Positions 46,888 to 56,812 of a DNA stretch of 64,000 bases are shown here, one piece after another. Position 1 is the stretch's first letter. Each line of letters starts with the position of its first letter. The notes below the pieces were generated by a model. That model saw only the letters and a program-made list of their open reading frames with translations, did no database searches and was not told the DNA's origin. Source of the DNA: an uncultured bacterium (GTDB lineage: Bacteria > Planctomycetota > UBA1135 > GCA-002686595); assembly GCA_943787795.1 (NCBI GenBank), contig CALSNU010000006.1, positions 288,001 through 352,000 of the forward strand. The letters run 5' to 3'. Made by a program: the position numbers and the translations under genes.

Positions 46888-48570
46888 TCACATGCCCAGA
46901 TACTTCGGGCCGCCGCCGCCCTCGGGAACGACCCACTCGATGTTCTCGTAGGGGTCCATGATGTCGCACGTCTTGCAGTGGACGCAGTTGGAGGCGTTGA
47001 TCACGACCGCCTCTGACCCCTTGGGCCACTCGTAGACGGCCGCAGGGCAGAAGTGCTTGCAAGGGTTCCCGTACTCCTCGGTGCACCGATCCACACAGAT
47101 GCTCGGATCGTTCACGAGGAGGTGCGCGGGCTGATCCTCCTCGTGGATCGTCCCCGAGAGGTACACGTCGCTGAGCTTGTCCATGGCGTCGGAGTCGTTG
47201 TAGCTCGGCAGCGACGTGGTCGAGCGAGACTCGGGCTCCATGGTCTCGTGGTCACTGTGGCCCGGCCGGCGGGCCACGAGCCCGCGCCCCTTGGTGATCA
47301 TCTGGACGCCGAAGTCGAGCATCCCCGCGAAGAGTCCTCCGGAGAACGCCTGGCGATAGTTCCGGTAACGGTGCAGCTCAGCATGGGCCCAGGAGGCCTC
47401 GTAGGCGTCCTGGTAGCACTTCAGCCCCGCCTTTGAGGTGTCCCCAGCCGCGAGGCTCTTGGCGATGCCTTCGGCCGCGAGCATCCCCGACTTGATCGCG
47501 AGGTGGATCCCCTTGAGCGTCGCCGCGTTCAGGAACCCGCCCGTGTCGCCGACAAAGACGAAGCCGTCGCCATGCAGCCGCGGCTGCGAGTAGTAGCCGC
47601 CCTCGGGCACGCACTTGGCGCCGTAGTTGATCGGCTTCCCGCCCTCCAGGAGGCGCTTGATCTTGGGGTGCTGCTTCCACTTCACGAAGAGGCCGTGAGG
47701 GTCCAGCCGCGCGTCCGGATGGTCGAGGCCGACCACGAAGCCGATGGAGATCTTGTCCTCGGCGATGCCGTACACCCACGAGCCCCCATAGCTCTTGGTG
47801 TCGAGCGGGAAGCCGCCGGTGTGCATCACCTTGCCGTGCATCTCCTTGCCGATCTCGGGCGAGACCTGCCAGATCTCCTTGATCCCCGTGCCGTAGGTCT
47901 GCGGGTTGCGACCGTCCATCACGTCGAGCCGGCGGAAGAGGTCCTTCGCCAGGTTGCCGCGCACGCCCTCCGCGAAGACGGTAACCTCCGCGGACACGTC
48001 CATGCCCGGCTCGAAGGTGGCCTTTTGCGAGCCATCCTTCCCCACGCCGCTGTCCCTGGTCTGAACACCCACGACGCGGTCGGTGTCCCCATCGAAGCGG
48101 GCCTCGGCCACCGGGAACCCGGCGTAGATCTCGACGCCCAGCTCCTCCGCCTGGCTCGACATCCACTTGGTGATCTCGTTGAGCGACACCATGTAGTTGC
48201 CATGGTTCTTGAGCGGCGGGGGGCACAGCACGCCCTTCAGCTTCAGGCTCCCGCCGCCGGGGCGGAGCATCTCGGCCCAGTCGTCCTTGACCTCGGAGAG
48301 CACGGGGAACCCGCGCTCCTTCCAGTCCGGGAAGAGCTCCGAGATCCCCTTCGGATCCATCACTGCCCCCGAGAGGCTGTGGTGCCCGATCTCCTCGGCC
48401 TTGTCGAGGACGAGGATCGTCCGCTCCTCATCGCCGGCTTCCTTCAGCAGCCGCGACAGGTGAACCGCGCAGGCGAGCCCCGCAGGGCCCGCGCCGACAA
48501 TACAGACATCAACCGGCAGTTCTTCCCGCTCCACGCCGCTGACGTTGAGGGAGGTGATCCTGGGCTTCAT
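46888..48570 (-). CDS. Electron transfer flavoprotein-ubiquinone oxidoreductase
   Basis: GAGPAG FAD motif, LSGAV, PEGGY, KGIHLAIKSGMLAAE, HEEDQPAHL, FCPAAVYE...NCVHCKTCDI...WVVPEGGGGP. Confidence 0.95.
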   Translation of the reverse strand: MKPRITSLNVSGVEREELPVDVCIVGAGPAGLACAVHLSRLLKEAGDEERTILVLDKAEEIGHHSLSGAVMDPKGISELFPDWKERGFPVLSEVKDDWAEMLRPGGGSLKLKGVLCPPPLKNHGNYMVSLNEITKWMSSQAEELGVEIYAGFPVAEARFDGDTDRVVGVQTRDSGVGKDGSQKATFEPGMDVSAEVTVFAEGVRGNLAKDLFRRLDVMDGRNPQTYGTGIKEIWQVSPEIGKEMHGKVMHTGGFPLDTKSYGGSWVYGIAEDKISIGFVVGLDHPDARLDPHGLFVKWKQHPKIKRLLEGGKPINYGAKCVPEGGYYSQPRLHGDGFVFVGDTGGFLNAATLKGIHLAIKSGMLAAEGIAKSLAAGDTSKAGLKCYQDAYEASWAHAELHRYRNYRQAFSGGLFAGMLDFGVQMITKGRGLVARRPGHSDHETMEPESRSTTSLPSYNDSDAMDKLSDVYLSGTIHEEDQPAHLLVNDPSICVDRCTEEYGNPCKHFCPAAVYEWPKGSEAVVINASNCVHCKTCDIMDPYENIEWVVPEGGGGPKYLGM

Positions 48571-48688
48571 CGAGTACAGAGGGGAACGCGCTCTGGCGCT
48601 CCGCGGGCGGGTCTAAGGCGTCTCCCGTGGGGCTCACATGGCGAGCCTTCGGCGAGGGGATGGGGCAAGGAGTATACGGGCTCCCGCC

Positions 48689-49543
48689 TCAGGACCGATC
48701 CCCGATCCAGTGGTGTCCTGCGCGGTAGACCTCCTTCTTCCAGACCGGCAGGCGCTCCTTGAGGGTGTCGATCAGGAATCTGGCCGCGAGAAACGCCGCG
48801 TCTCGGTGCGGACTGGCCACCGCGATGACCACGCTGGGCTCCCCCACGCCGACGACACCGGTTCGATGGACGCAGAGCATCCTGAGGGTCCGATCGAGCT
48901 CTGCTCCGCCTGCGGCACGGCCTCCCCCTGGGCTTCCATCTGGGCCTTCACCTGGGCCTCCACATGGGCCTTCAGCTGGACCTCCAGCCGGACTTGCAGC
49001 CATGCCGACAGGCGGCCCTCCCGGGCCGTGAGCGGCCAGGCAGTCCCGGAAGATGCGCCGCATCTCGGGCCCAGCCATCTCATCGAAGGCCTCGTAGTCC
49101 AACCGGGACACATCCTGTCCCCGGTTGATCTCGCGGGTGGTCCCCGTGAAGAGCACGATCGCCCCGCAACGGGGACTGGCGACCCGCCCCTGCATGGCGG
49201 CGGGATCGATCGGATCCGGAGAGAGTTCAAAGACTCCCTCCTCAAGAGGGTCAATAGATCCAACCTCGGAAGACGGGGCTCCTCCGCTGACGGGAGGGAG
49301 CATCGCCACGGAGTCGCCCGGGAGCACGATGCGCTCCGTCTTGGCGTACTCGTCGCCAATCACCACGGAGGCGAAGGACAGATCCCCGAGGTCGGGAAGC
49401 TGCGCCTCCATCCGCCGCTTTAGCCCCTCCGTGGTCGTGCCAGCTGGGACTCCGAGGATCTGCACCGAGTCCGCGCCCGCGCGCTCCCGAAGGACCGCGA
49501 AGAGGCGCACCTCAACGTCGAACGCCGCCGAAGCTTCAGCCAT
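48689..49543 (-). CDS. moaE: Molybdopterin synthase MoaD-MoaE fusion
   Basis: VRLFAVLRERAG...PPVSGG (MoaD) then GAIVLFTGTTR, LDYEAF, HRTG, SPHR, LKERLPVWKKE (MoaE). Confidence 0.92.
   Translation of the reverse strand: MAEASAAFDVEVRLFAVLRERAGADSVQILGVPAGTTTEGLKRRMEAQLPDLGDLSFASVVIGDEYAKTERIVLPGDSVAMLPPVSGGAPSSEVGSIDPLEEGVFELSPDPIDPAAMQGRVASPRCGAIVLFTGTTREINRGQDVSRLDYEAFDEMAGPEMRRIFRDCLAAHGPGGPPVGMAASPAGGPAEGPCGGPGEGPDGSPGGGRAAGGAELDRTLRMLCVHRTGVVGVGEPSVVIAVASPHRDAAFLAARFLIDTLKERLPVWKKEVYRAGHHWIGDRS
48928..48987. repeat. 5 x 12-bp degenerate repeat encoding a Gly/Pro insert in MoaE
   Basis: ctgggcttccat / ctgggccttcac / ctgggcctccac / atgggccttcag / ctggacctccag. Confidence 0.8.
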
Positions 49544-49547
49544 CGAC

Positions 49548-50111
<564 letters not shown>

Positions 50112-50314
50112 TTCAGCCTCTTGTAGACGATGACCGGCGCGAGCGCCGGCAGGTGGGGGCCGCGCGCGAGAAAGCGGTCGCGGGTGGCCCAGAGCGGGTT
50201 CGGATCGGTCCAGGCGTGAGCCCGGACGAGAAATAAGAGTGTAGCGCAGGAGCAGCCGTGATCCGACGCCTTCACCCGCCTACCATTGGGAAGTCGTCGG
50301 AGGCGACTTCTGCT

Positions 50315-50695
50315 ATGAGCCAACCCTCACCCAACGCATTCCAGCAGCAGCCTGGAGACGGCCGGGAGCGCCGGAAGTTCCGCCGGGCCCGGCTGGACCT
50401 GCCGGTCACTATCTCCCTGGACGACGGCGAGCACGAGGCCAAGATCCGGGACGTCAGCCGTGGGGGCGTGTGCTTCTTCCTCGACCGCCCGGTCCCGGAG
50501 ATGACCGCCCTGCGCGTCGACTTCGAGCTCCCGACCGAGCACGGCCGGCGGCGGATCACCGGGAGCGGGGCCGTGGTGCGCTGCGAGAAGATCAGCCGAA
50601 CCCTCGAGCACTACGAGATCGCGGTCTTCGTGCAGAACATGGCCTCGCCCGACCGAGACACGATCGAACAGTACGTCGCCTCCATCCGCGACTGA
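50315..50695 (+). CDS. Stand-alone PilZ domain protein (c-di-GMP receptor candidate)
   Basis: RxxxR (ERRKFRR) and DxSxxG (DVSRGG) motifs. Confidence 0.88.
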   Translation: MSQPSPNAFQQQPGDGRERRKFRRARLDLPVTISLDDGEHEAKIRDVSRGGVCFFLDRPVPEMTALRVDFELPTEHGRRRITGSGAVVRCEKISRTLEHYEIAVFVQNMASPDRDTIEQYVASIRD

Positions 50696-50820
50696 TCGGG
50701 GCCAGCGAGCGCCCGCGGTCGAGGCATGCGCCTCGAAGGTCGCTTCACCCACGCCTGCTGCCCTGGCCGCGGCTCTGCCGGGTATCGACCACCGCCCTGC
50801 TGGCGACTCGGTGCCCTCCC

Positions 50821-51666
50821 TCAGCGCACGAGGGCGAGGACGCGCGGGACACCCGCGAGGTCATCGACGATCTCTGCCGAGCGGGCGCCGCTCCCCTCTG
50901 CGAGCTGATGGACGCGCTGGCCCTGCAGATGGCCCAGCTCCACCAGCAGCAGGCCTCCAGGCTTGAGGACCCGCGGCACCAGTTCGATCAGCCCACGAGC
51001 CCAGAAGTCGGGGTCCGCAGACGGCGCGTACAGCGCCAGGGGCGGCTCGTGCTCCCGGACCTCGGGGGAGAGCAGCTCCCTCTCCGTCGGCTCCACGTAG
51101 GGAGGGTTGCTCACGATCAGGTCAAATGGCCCGCCGACCCCCGCGAGCTCTTCCAGCTTCTCCAGCCCCTCTCCCCTGTGCAGGGAAACGCTCGCGTCGT
51201 GGCTCTCCGCGTTTCGCGAAGCCCAGGCAAGGGCCTCCTCCGAGAGGTCGATCGCGTCCACCACCGCCCCCTCGAGCTCCAGGGCGAGCGTCACCGCGAG
51301 GCACCCCGACCCCGTCCCCACGTCCGCCACCCGCAGCCCCGCCGTCTTCGCGGCGGGGATGCGCTCACGGGCCAGATCCACAATCAGCTCGGTCTCGGGG
51401 CGGGGCACCAGCGCCCCGGGCCCGACAGCAAAGTCGCGCCCGAAGAACTCTCTCTGCCCGACGATATAGGCGGTGGGCTCGCGCCGGCCCCGGCGCACCA
51501 GGCAGTCACGGGCGAGGTCCACCTCAGCGCCCTGGATCGGCGCATCCAGCCGCATGAAGAGCCCTAGCCGGTCCACCTGAAGCGCGTGGGCCACGAGCAA
51601 CTCCGCCTCGAGCCGAGCCTCCCCCAGCCCCTTGCGCTCGAGGAACCCACGGGCCAGCGCGAGCAT
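50821..51666 (-). CDS. prmC: Release factor glutamine methyltransferase
   Basis: EPTAYIVG, LVPRPETE, DVGTGSG, VSNPPY, EPPLALY; true N-terminus may extend upstream of ATG 51666. Confidence 0.95.
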   Translation of the reverse strand: MLALARGFLERKGLGEARLEAELLVAHALQVDRLGLFMRLDAPIQGAEVDLARDCLVRRGRREPTAYIVGQREFFGRDFAVGPGALVPRPETELIVDLARERIPAAKTAGLRVADVGTGSGCLAVTLALELEGAVVDAIDLSEEALAWASRNAESHDASVSLHRGEGLEKLEELAGVGGPFDLIVSNPPYVEPTERELLSPEVREHEPPLALYAPSADPDFWARGLIELVPRVLKPGGLLLVELGHLQGQRVHQLAEGSGARSAEIVDDLAGVPRVLALVR

Positions 51667-51700
51667 CTCTCGGGCCGTCCGGGGCGCCGGGGGTCGGCCG

Positions 51701-51777
51701 CCCTGAGCCGCCGAAGCGACCTGAGCCGCAGACTCACCCTGAGCAGCCGGCTCACCCTGAGCAGCCGACTCACCCTG
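51701..51777. repeat. About 4 x 18-bp tandem repeat (ccctgagcagccgactca-like; QGESAA in the prmC frame)
   Basis: Visible repeated ccctgagc units upstream of the prmC ATG. Confidence 0.85.
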
Positions 51778-51849
51778 ACGTCCAGGTTCGCCACCCGGAC
51801 TCGCGTGGCGGTCCTCGCCGTGGGATTGGTCGCCGCGGGAGTGAATGGG

Positions 51850-52647
51850 TCAGCCTCGCCGAGCCTCACGCTCGGCCCGCTTGCGCTCCCGGGCAGCGTC
51901 ACGCTTACGGTCCCCCTCCTCCTTGGCCACCTTCATGGTCACGTACATGGTGTACATGGCCATGATGCCGCCGGCCGCCACCCCGACTGACCCCAGCAGC
52001 CCGACCAGACCGAGCACGCCCAGGTCTGAGACCTGCGTCGCGGAGCCGATCGCATTCAACGAACCCGCGACGGCGGGCCCGAGGAACATCAGGGGGAAGA
52101 TGGGGTTGAACTTCCCGCCATACTCATACGCCTGGATGTGGGCGAAGGTGGCGAGCGCGAGAAACAGGGTGCCGAACTCGAGCACAGCCCGAAGCGGATA
52201 TCTGTTGCTCAGATCGAGCTCGGAGCCCTCGGGGACCGCGAAACCGATGAACGTGTCATTGCTGAAGTAGACCTCACCGAAGAAGCAGCAGACCAAGGCC
52301 GCCACAAACACCGCGAGCGAGGCGCCGACCGGTCCCATGGGGTTGATCTTCACGAGCGCCTTGCTGATGCCGCTGGCCTTCGCGCCGAAGCGCGCCTTGG
52401 CGCCATCGAAGAGCAGCCAGCCAGCGATCAGGGTCAGCACCCAGGATCCGAACCACACGCCCCAGGGCATGTGCCCCTTGGTGACGATCACCGACATCCA
52501 GGGCAGCGCCGCCCCGCACATCAGCACGACGCTGGCTTTCCTCAGCAGCAGCGGCGCCTGCTCCAGGTCGCGCTTGGGCGGCTCGCCTCCGCTCTGGCTG
52601 GTACCGCTTCCGCGGGAGGAGGTCTTGGCGTCGTTGGCGTCGGTCAT
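51850..52647 (-). CDS. Hypothetical membrane protein (about 6 TM) between prfA and prmC
   Basis: Hydrophobic helices, GC3 bias, charged C-terminal tail. Confidence 0.8.
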   Translation of the reverse strand: MTDANDAKTSSRGSGTSQSGGEPPKRDLEQAPLLLRKASVVLMCGAALPWMSVIVTKGHMPWGVWFGSWVLTLIAGWLLFDGAKARFGAKASGISKALVKINPMGPVGASLAVFVAALVCCFFGEVYFSNDTFIGFAVPEGSELDLSNRYPLRAVLEFGTLFLALATFAHIQAYEYGGKFNPIFPLMFLGPAVAGSLNAIGSATQVSDLGVLGLVGLLGSVGVAAGGIMAMYTMYVTMKVAKEEGDRKRDAARERKRAEREARRG

Positions 52648-52733
52648 GGGTCTTGGGTGAGGCTTTCGTGGCTGGGGCTCGGCCCCCAGATGGTGTGGAG
52701 CCCGAGGACAGGTGAAACAGGATGCGGAGACCG

Positions 52734-53825
52734 TCAGAGATTCGCCAGACGCGTTCTGCGGTCCTTGTCCTCGAGGGCCTCGAGCATGGGCATCAAGCGC
52801 CCCTCGATGATCCCGTCGAGATTGAAGTTCTTCTTGTCACTGTCCTCCAGACGGTGGTCGGTCACCCGATTCTGGGGAAAGTTGTACGTCCGGACCCGGG
52901 CGTTACGGTCTCCGGTACCGACGAGGGTCCGCCTGGCCTCCGATCGCTCCGAGGCGAGCCGCTCCTCCTCCGCCTCAAGGAGGCGGCTGCGGAGGATCCG
53001 CATGGCCCGCACCTTGTTCTTGGACTGGCTCCGCTCGTCCTGGCAAACCACGACGATGCCAGACGGCACGTGAGTGATACGAACCGCGGACTCCACCTTG
53101 TTGACGTGCTGCCCCCCCGCCCCTCCCGCGCGCATGGTGTCCACGCGCAGATCCCCGTCCGAGATCTCGAGCTCCACCTCCTCCGCCTCCGGGAGCACCG
53201 CCACGGTCGCGGCCGAGGTGTGGATCCGCCCCTGGGTCTCCGTCGAGGGCACGCGCTGCACCCGGTGCCCGCCCGACTCGAAGCGCAGACGCCGCCAGGC
53301 GTTCTCCCCGGAGACGCCGAAGGTGGCCTCCTTGTATCCCCCCACCTCGCTCTCGTTCAGGCCGAGCAACTCCACCTTGAGTCGCTCCCCGTCACAGAAG
53401 CGGGTGTACATCCGGAACAGGTCCGCCGCGAAGAGCGTCGCCTCATCCCCGCCAGTGCCCGCCCGGATCTCAACGATGACCTTCCGGCGCTCGTCCGTCG
53501 GATCCGCGATGAGGGCCAGCTTGACCTGCTCATCCAGCCGATCCTCATCGACCACCAGTCCGCCCAGCTCATCCTTGGCCAGCGCGACCAGCTCGTCGTC
53601 GCTGCCGTCCTCGATGATGGTCTCGGCCTCGGAACGAGCGAGTCGAAGACGATTCAGCTCTCCAAACATCTCATGCGCCCGCTCGAGCGAACCACGCTCA
53701 CGCAGTAGAACGGCGAGCTGCCTGCCATCCGCCGCCACATCAGGGTCACCGAGCAACCCGGTGATCTCCTCGAACCGGTCGGCGCGCTGCTTGAGCTGCG
53801 CCACGAGGGCGGCGTCGAACTCCAA
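52734..53825 (-). CDS. prfA: Peptide chain release factor 1
   Basis: [26 protein letters not shown] (PxT, RF1-type), [24 protein letters not shown]. Confidence 0.97.
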   Translation of the reverse strand: MEFDAALVAQLKQRADRFEEITGLLGDPDVAADGRQLAVLLRERGSLERAHEMFGELNRLRLARSEAETIIEDGSDDELVALAKDELGGLVVDEDRLDEQVKLALIADPTDERRKVIVEIRAGTGGDEATLFAADLFRMYTRFCDGERLKVELLGLNESEVGGYKEATFGVSGENAWRRLRFESGGHRVQRVPSTETQGRIHTSAATVAVLPEAEEVELEISDGDLRVDTMRAGGAGGQHVNKVESAVRITHVPSGIVVVCQDERSQSKNKVRAMRILRSRLLEAEEERLASERSEARRTLVGTGDRNARVRTYNFPQNRVTDHRLEDSDKKNFNLDGIIEGRLMPMLEALEDKDRRTRLANL

Positions 53826-53885
53826 GATGTCCCTGGCAGAACCCTTGCGAACGTCAGGCGGCGGCGAACGACCGCCGCTCCGAGC

Positions 53886-54095
53886 TCACTTCTGACCCTT
53901 CTTGGCGAACTTGCGCTTGAAGCGGTCCACGCGGCCGGCCGCGTCGACGAACTTCTGGTTGCCCGTGTAGAAGGGGTGGCAGACGCTGCAGATCTCGATC
54001 TTCAGCTCCTTCACGGTGGCGCGGGTCTGGAACTCGTTGCCGCAACCGCAGCGAACGGAGCAGTCGACGTAGTTGGGGTGGATGCTGGTCTTCAT
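53886..54095 (-). CDS. rpmE: 50S ribosomal protein L31 (Zn-binding type)
   Basis: [31 protein letters not shown]. Confidence 0.97.
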   Translation of the reverse strand: MKTSIHPNYVDCSVRCGCGNEFQTRATVKELKIEICSVCHPFYTGNQKFVDAAGRVDRFKRKFAKKGQK

Positions 54096-54185
54096 GATGT
54101 TGGTATCCGTCTCGGCGCGCCGTCGTGGCGGCGCGGCCCGGATTCGGGCCAGAAGGATAGTCTCCTCGGCCCGGGCATGCACGCC

Positions 54186-54833
54186 TCAGGCGCTGGAACC
54201 CACAATCAAGGTGGGATCTATGCCGAGGAGCAGCTCAAGGGTGAGGCGCACAGGCAGCCCCACGACGTTGTCGAAACCGCCCCCCTCGAGGCGTACCACG
54301 AATCGGTCTGCGGTCTCCTGGATCGCGTAGGCACCCGCCTTGCCCACCCATTCACCGCTGGCCACGTAGGCCGCCACCTCTGCGGCGCTCAGGGTGCGCA
54401 TGGTCACCCAGGTCACCTCGTGGACCGCCCGCCAGGCTCCGGTACGAGCATCCACAAGGGCCACCCCCGTGATGACCCGGTGACGGGTCCCGGAGAGCGC
54501 AGCGAGCATCGAGGAGGCCTCCTCGGCGTCGGCCGCCTTCTCCAGAAAGCGGCGCCCAGCCGTGCCGTCTTCTCCGAGCACGACCACCGTGTCCGAGCCG
54601 AGCACGAGGGCGTCATCGCACCCTTCACGTGCCGCGACCGAGCGGGCCTTGCGGAGCGCCAGGTCCTCAGCCACGCCCCCGGCCGGGAGGGCCAGGTCCA
54701 TGGATTCATCCACGTCGGCGGGAACGATCCGGAACTCAAGGCCGGCCTCGGCCAGGAGCCGATGCCGCCGCGGCGAAGCGGAGGCCAGGACGAGTTCCCG
54801 ACCGCTCGCTGAGCTCCGAGCGCTCCCGGACAC
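54186..54833 (-). CDS. maf: Maf family nucleotide pyrophosphatase
   Basis: LVLASASPRR, GSDTVV, LEK, LSGTRHRVITGV, GKAGAYAIQ, NVVGLP. Confidence 0.95.
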   Translation of the reverse strand: MSGSARSSASGRELVLASASPRRHRLLAEAGLEFRIVPADVDESMDLALPAGGVAEDLALRKARSVAAREGCDDALVLGSDTVVVLGEDGTAGRRFLEKAADAEEASSMLAALSGTRHRVITGVALVDARTGAWRAVHEVTWVTMRTLSAAEVAAYVASGEWVGKAGAYAIQETADRFVVRLEGGGFDNVVGLPVRLTLELLLGIDPTLIVGSSA

Positions 54834-54836
54834 AGG

Positions 54837-56215
54837 TCAGCGGCGCCGGGTGGACGACTTCTTCGAAGCCTTCTTCTTGGCCGCGGGCTTCTTCCGCGAG
54901 GCAGCCTTCTTGGCCACCGGCTTCTTCTTGGCAGCAGGCTTCTTGGCGGCAGGCTTCTTGGCTGCAGCCTTCTTTGCAGCCGGCTTCTTCTTGGAGGCGG
55001 CCTTCTTAGCAGCCGGCTTCTTCTTGGCAGCGGGCTTCTTCTTGGCGGCCGGCTTCTTCTTGGCGGCCGGTTTCTTCTTGGCGGCCGGTTTCTTCTTGGC
55101 GGCGGCCTTCTTGGCGTGCGCGGCTTCTTCTTGGCGGCGGCCTTCTTGGCGGCGGCGGCCTTCTTGGCGGCGGCCTTCTTGTCAGCAGCCTTTTTCGCAG
55201 CCGCCTTCTTGGCAGCAGCCTTCTTCTCGGCGGCCTTCTTGGCGGCAATCTTCTTGGCGGCGACCTGCTTCCTCGCGGCCTCCTTCTTGCGAGCCACCTC
55301 GGCGCGCCTTGCCTCAGCCTCCTTTCGCTTGGCGTCAGCAGCGGCGGCCTTCGCCCGCGCGGCAGCGAGCTTCTTCTCCTCAGCCGCGCGCTTGCGCTCA
55401 AGCTCGCGGGTGCGCTTCTTGGCCTCGGCCTCGACGCGCTTCCGCTCGCGCTCATCCTCCTTGCGAACCCGCTCCTCTTCGCGCTTGCGCGCCGCCTCTG
55501 CCTTCGCCAGGGCAGCGGAACGGTCCTTGAAGGACTTCTTGCCGTAGTCCGTCGCCTGGAGGCACGGGACGGTCATGTAGATGGGAGCTGTCTCATCCTC
55601 CCAGCGCTCGAGGACCTCGTGAATCGCCAGGGTGAACTCAAGCTCCTTCCCCTTGCCCACGAGACCGTCCACGGAGACGCGGGCCTTTTTGAGCGAGGTG
55701 GTCTTGGGGATGAGCCCGAGGCGGTCCAGGAGCTTGATCAGGGGGAGATGGACCGGCACCTGACCGTCCGAGGCCAGGAACATCAGGTAGGAGGCGCCCG
55801 CGTGGCCCAGGACCTGGAGGCTCATGCCCGCCTTGCCCGCTGTCTGGGGCTCCTCACGAAGCTCCTCGAGGTCCAGCGCGTCGGTCTCCTGGAAGACGTC
55901 CTGCAGGTACTCCTTCAGGGCCATGGCGGCCTCTCGGCGGTCATGCAACAGCGCGACCCCCTTCTTCCGCCCGCCGTGCCGCAGGAACTCGGAGATCTCC
56001 TGGGCCTGGCACACACGGACCTCGTTCCAATCCTCAAACGCACCCTTGAGCGCCTTGACGGACTGTTCGGCCTGCTTCTGCGTCATGTGCCGGAGGAGCA
56101 CGATGACGGCACCCTGCTCGAGCAGGTTGAGGCCTTCGGTGGGACCGCTCGGCATCGGATGCCTGAGCTTCACTTCCTTGATCAGCGCGGCGACGAGGTC
56201 TGACTTCTTGCTCAC
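54837..56215 (-). CDS. HhH-GPD (EndoIII-like) pseudo-enzyme domain, coiled coil and histone H1-like Lys/Ala/Pro tail; one frameshift near 55115-55130
   Basis: FEDWNEVRV motif and RLGLI; the tail continues in another frame as KKAAAKKKPAAKKKPAAKKK...KKSSTRRR to TGA 54839-54837, 3 bp before the maf start. Confidence 0.8.
54860..55260. repeat. Low-complexity 15/18-bp repeats encoding AAKK / PAAKKK
   Basis: Repeated ttcttcttggcggccgg and ccttcttggcggcgg units. Confidence 0.9.
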
Positions 56216-56289
56216 GGCGGTGGTCTGTGGGAGGGAGCGCAACCGCGCTCACAGGGGGGCGTGCCAGGTCAGCGGATCAGCGCTGGACA

Positions 56290-56324
56290 GAAACGGACCG
56301 CGCCGGGGGAGGCCGGGCGGTCCG
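56290..56324 (-). terminator. Probable terminator after rpsP
   Basis: cggaccgc..ccgg / ccgg.gcggtccg stem followed by tttctgt on the minus strand. Confidence 0.5.
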
Positions 56325-56374
56325 CGGTGAATGATGGGCGCGGCTGAAGCTCCTTCAGCGACGCACTGGGGCGA

Positions 56375-56812
56375 TCACTCGTCGCCCGATTCGGCGGCAG
56401 CAGCGGCGGCCGCCTTCTTGGCCGCGATACGGCCGTCGCGCCGGGTCGACTTGCGGTCAGCGCGAGCGGCCTTGTCGGCCGAGCGCTGGGTGCCCGTCGC
56501 CGTGGTCTTCTTGCGCCCGGGACGCTTGCGCGGCTTGTGCTTGGCGGCGAGCGCGAACTCGCCGGTGAAGACGCCCTGACGCTTGAAGATGGAGCTGACG
56601 GTCTCGCTCGGGGTGGCGCCTTCGCTGAGCCAGTGCTGTGCACGCTCCACGTTAAGGGTCACCTGGCGCTCCTTGTCACCGGCGATCGGGTCGTAGAGAC
56701 CGATCGTTTCAAGGACACGACCATCCCGAGGGAATCGCGAGTCCGCGACGGAGATGCGGTAGCAGGGTCGGTTACGGCGACCCGTGCGCTTCATTCTGAT
56801 GACGACGGCCAT
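56375..56812 (-). CDS. rpsP: 30S ribosomal protein S16 with basic C-terminal extension
   Basis: MAVVIRMKRTGRRNRPCYRISVADSRFPRDGR, WLSEGATPSETV. Confidence 0.97.
   Translation of the reverse strand: MAVVIRMKRTGRRNRPCYRISVADSRFPRDGRVLETIGLYDPIAGDKERQVTLNVERAQHWLSEGATPSETVSSIFKRQGVFTGEFALAAKHKPRKRPGRKKTTATGTQRSADKAARADRKSTRRDGRIAAKKAAAAAAAESGDE

Noticed and set aside
54413..55115. Arg/Pro-rich C-terminus of the 609-aa track ORF overlapping maf
   Set aside because: Product of the frameshift; the Lys/Ala frame ends cleanly at 54837
54562..55547. Plus-strand ORFs with FFLAAG repeats that look like membrane proteins
   Set aside because: They are the antisense reading of the AAKKKP-coding repeats
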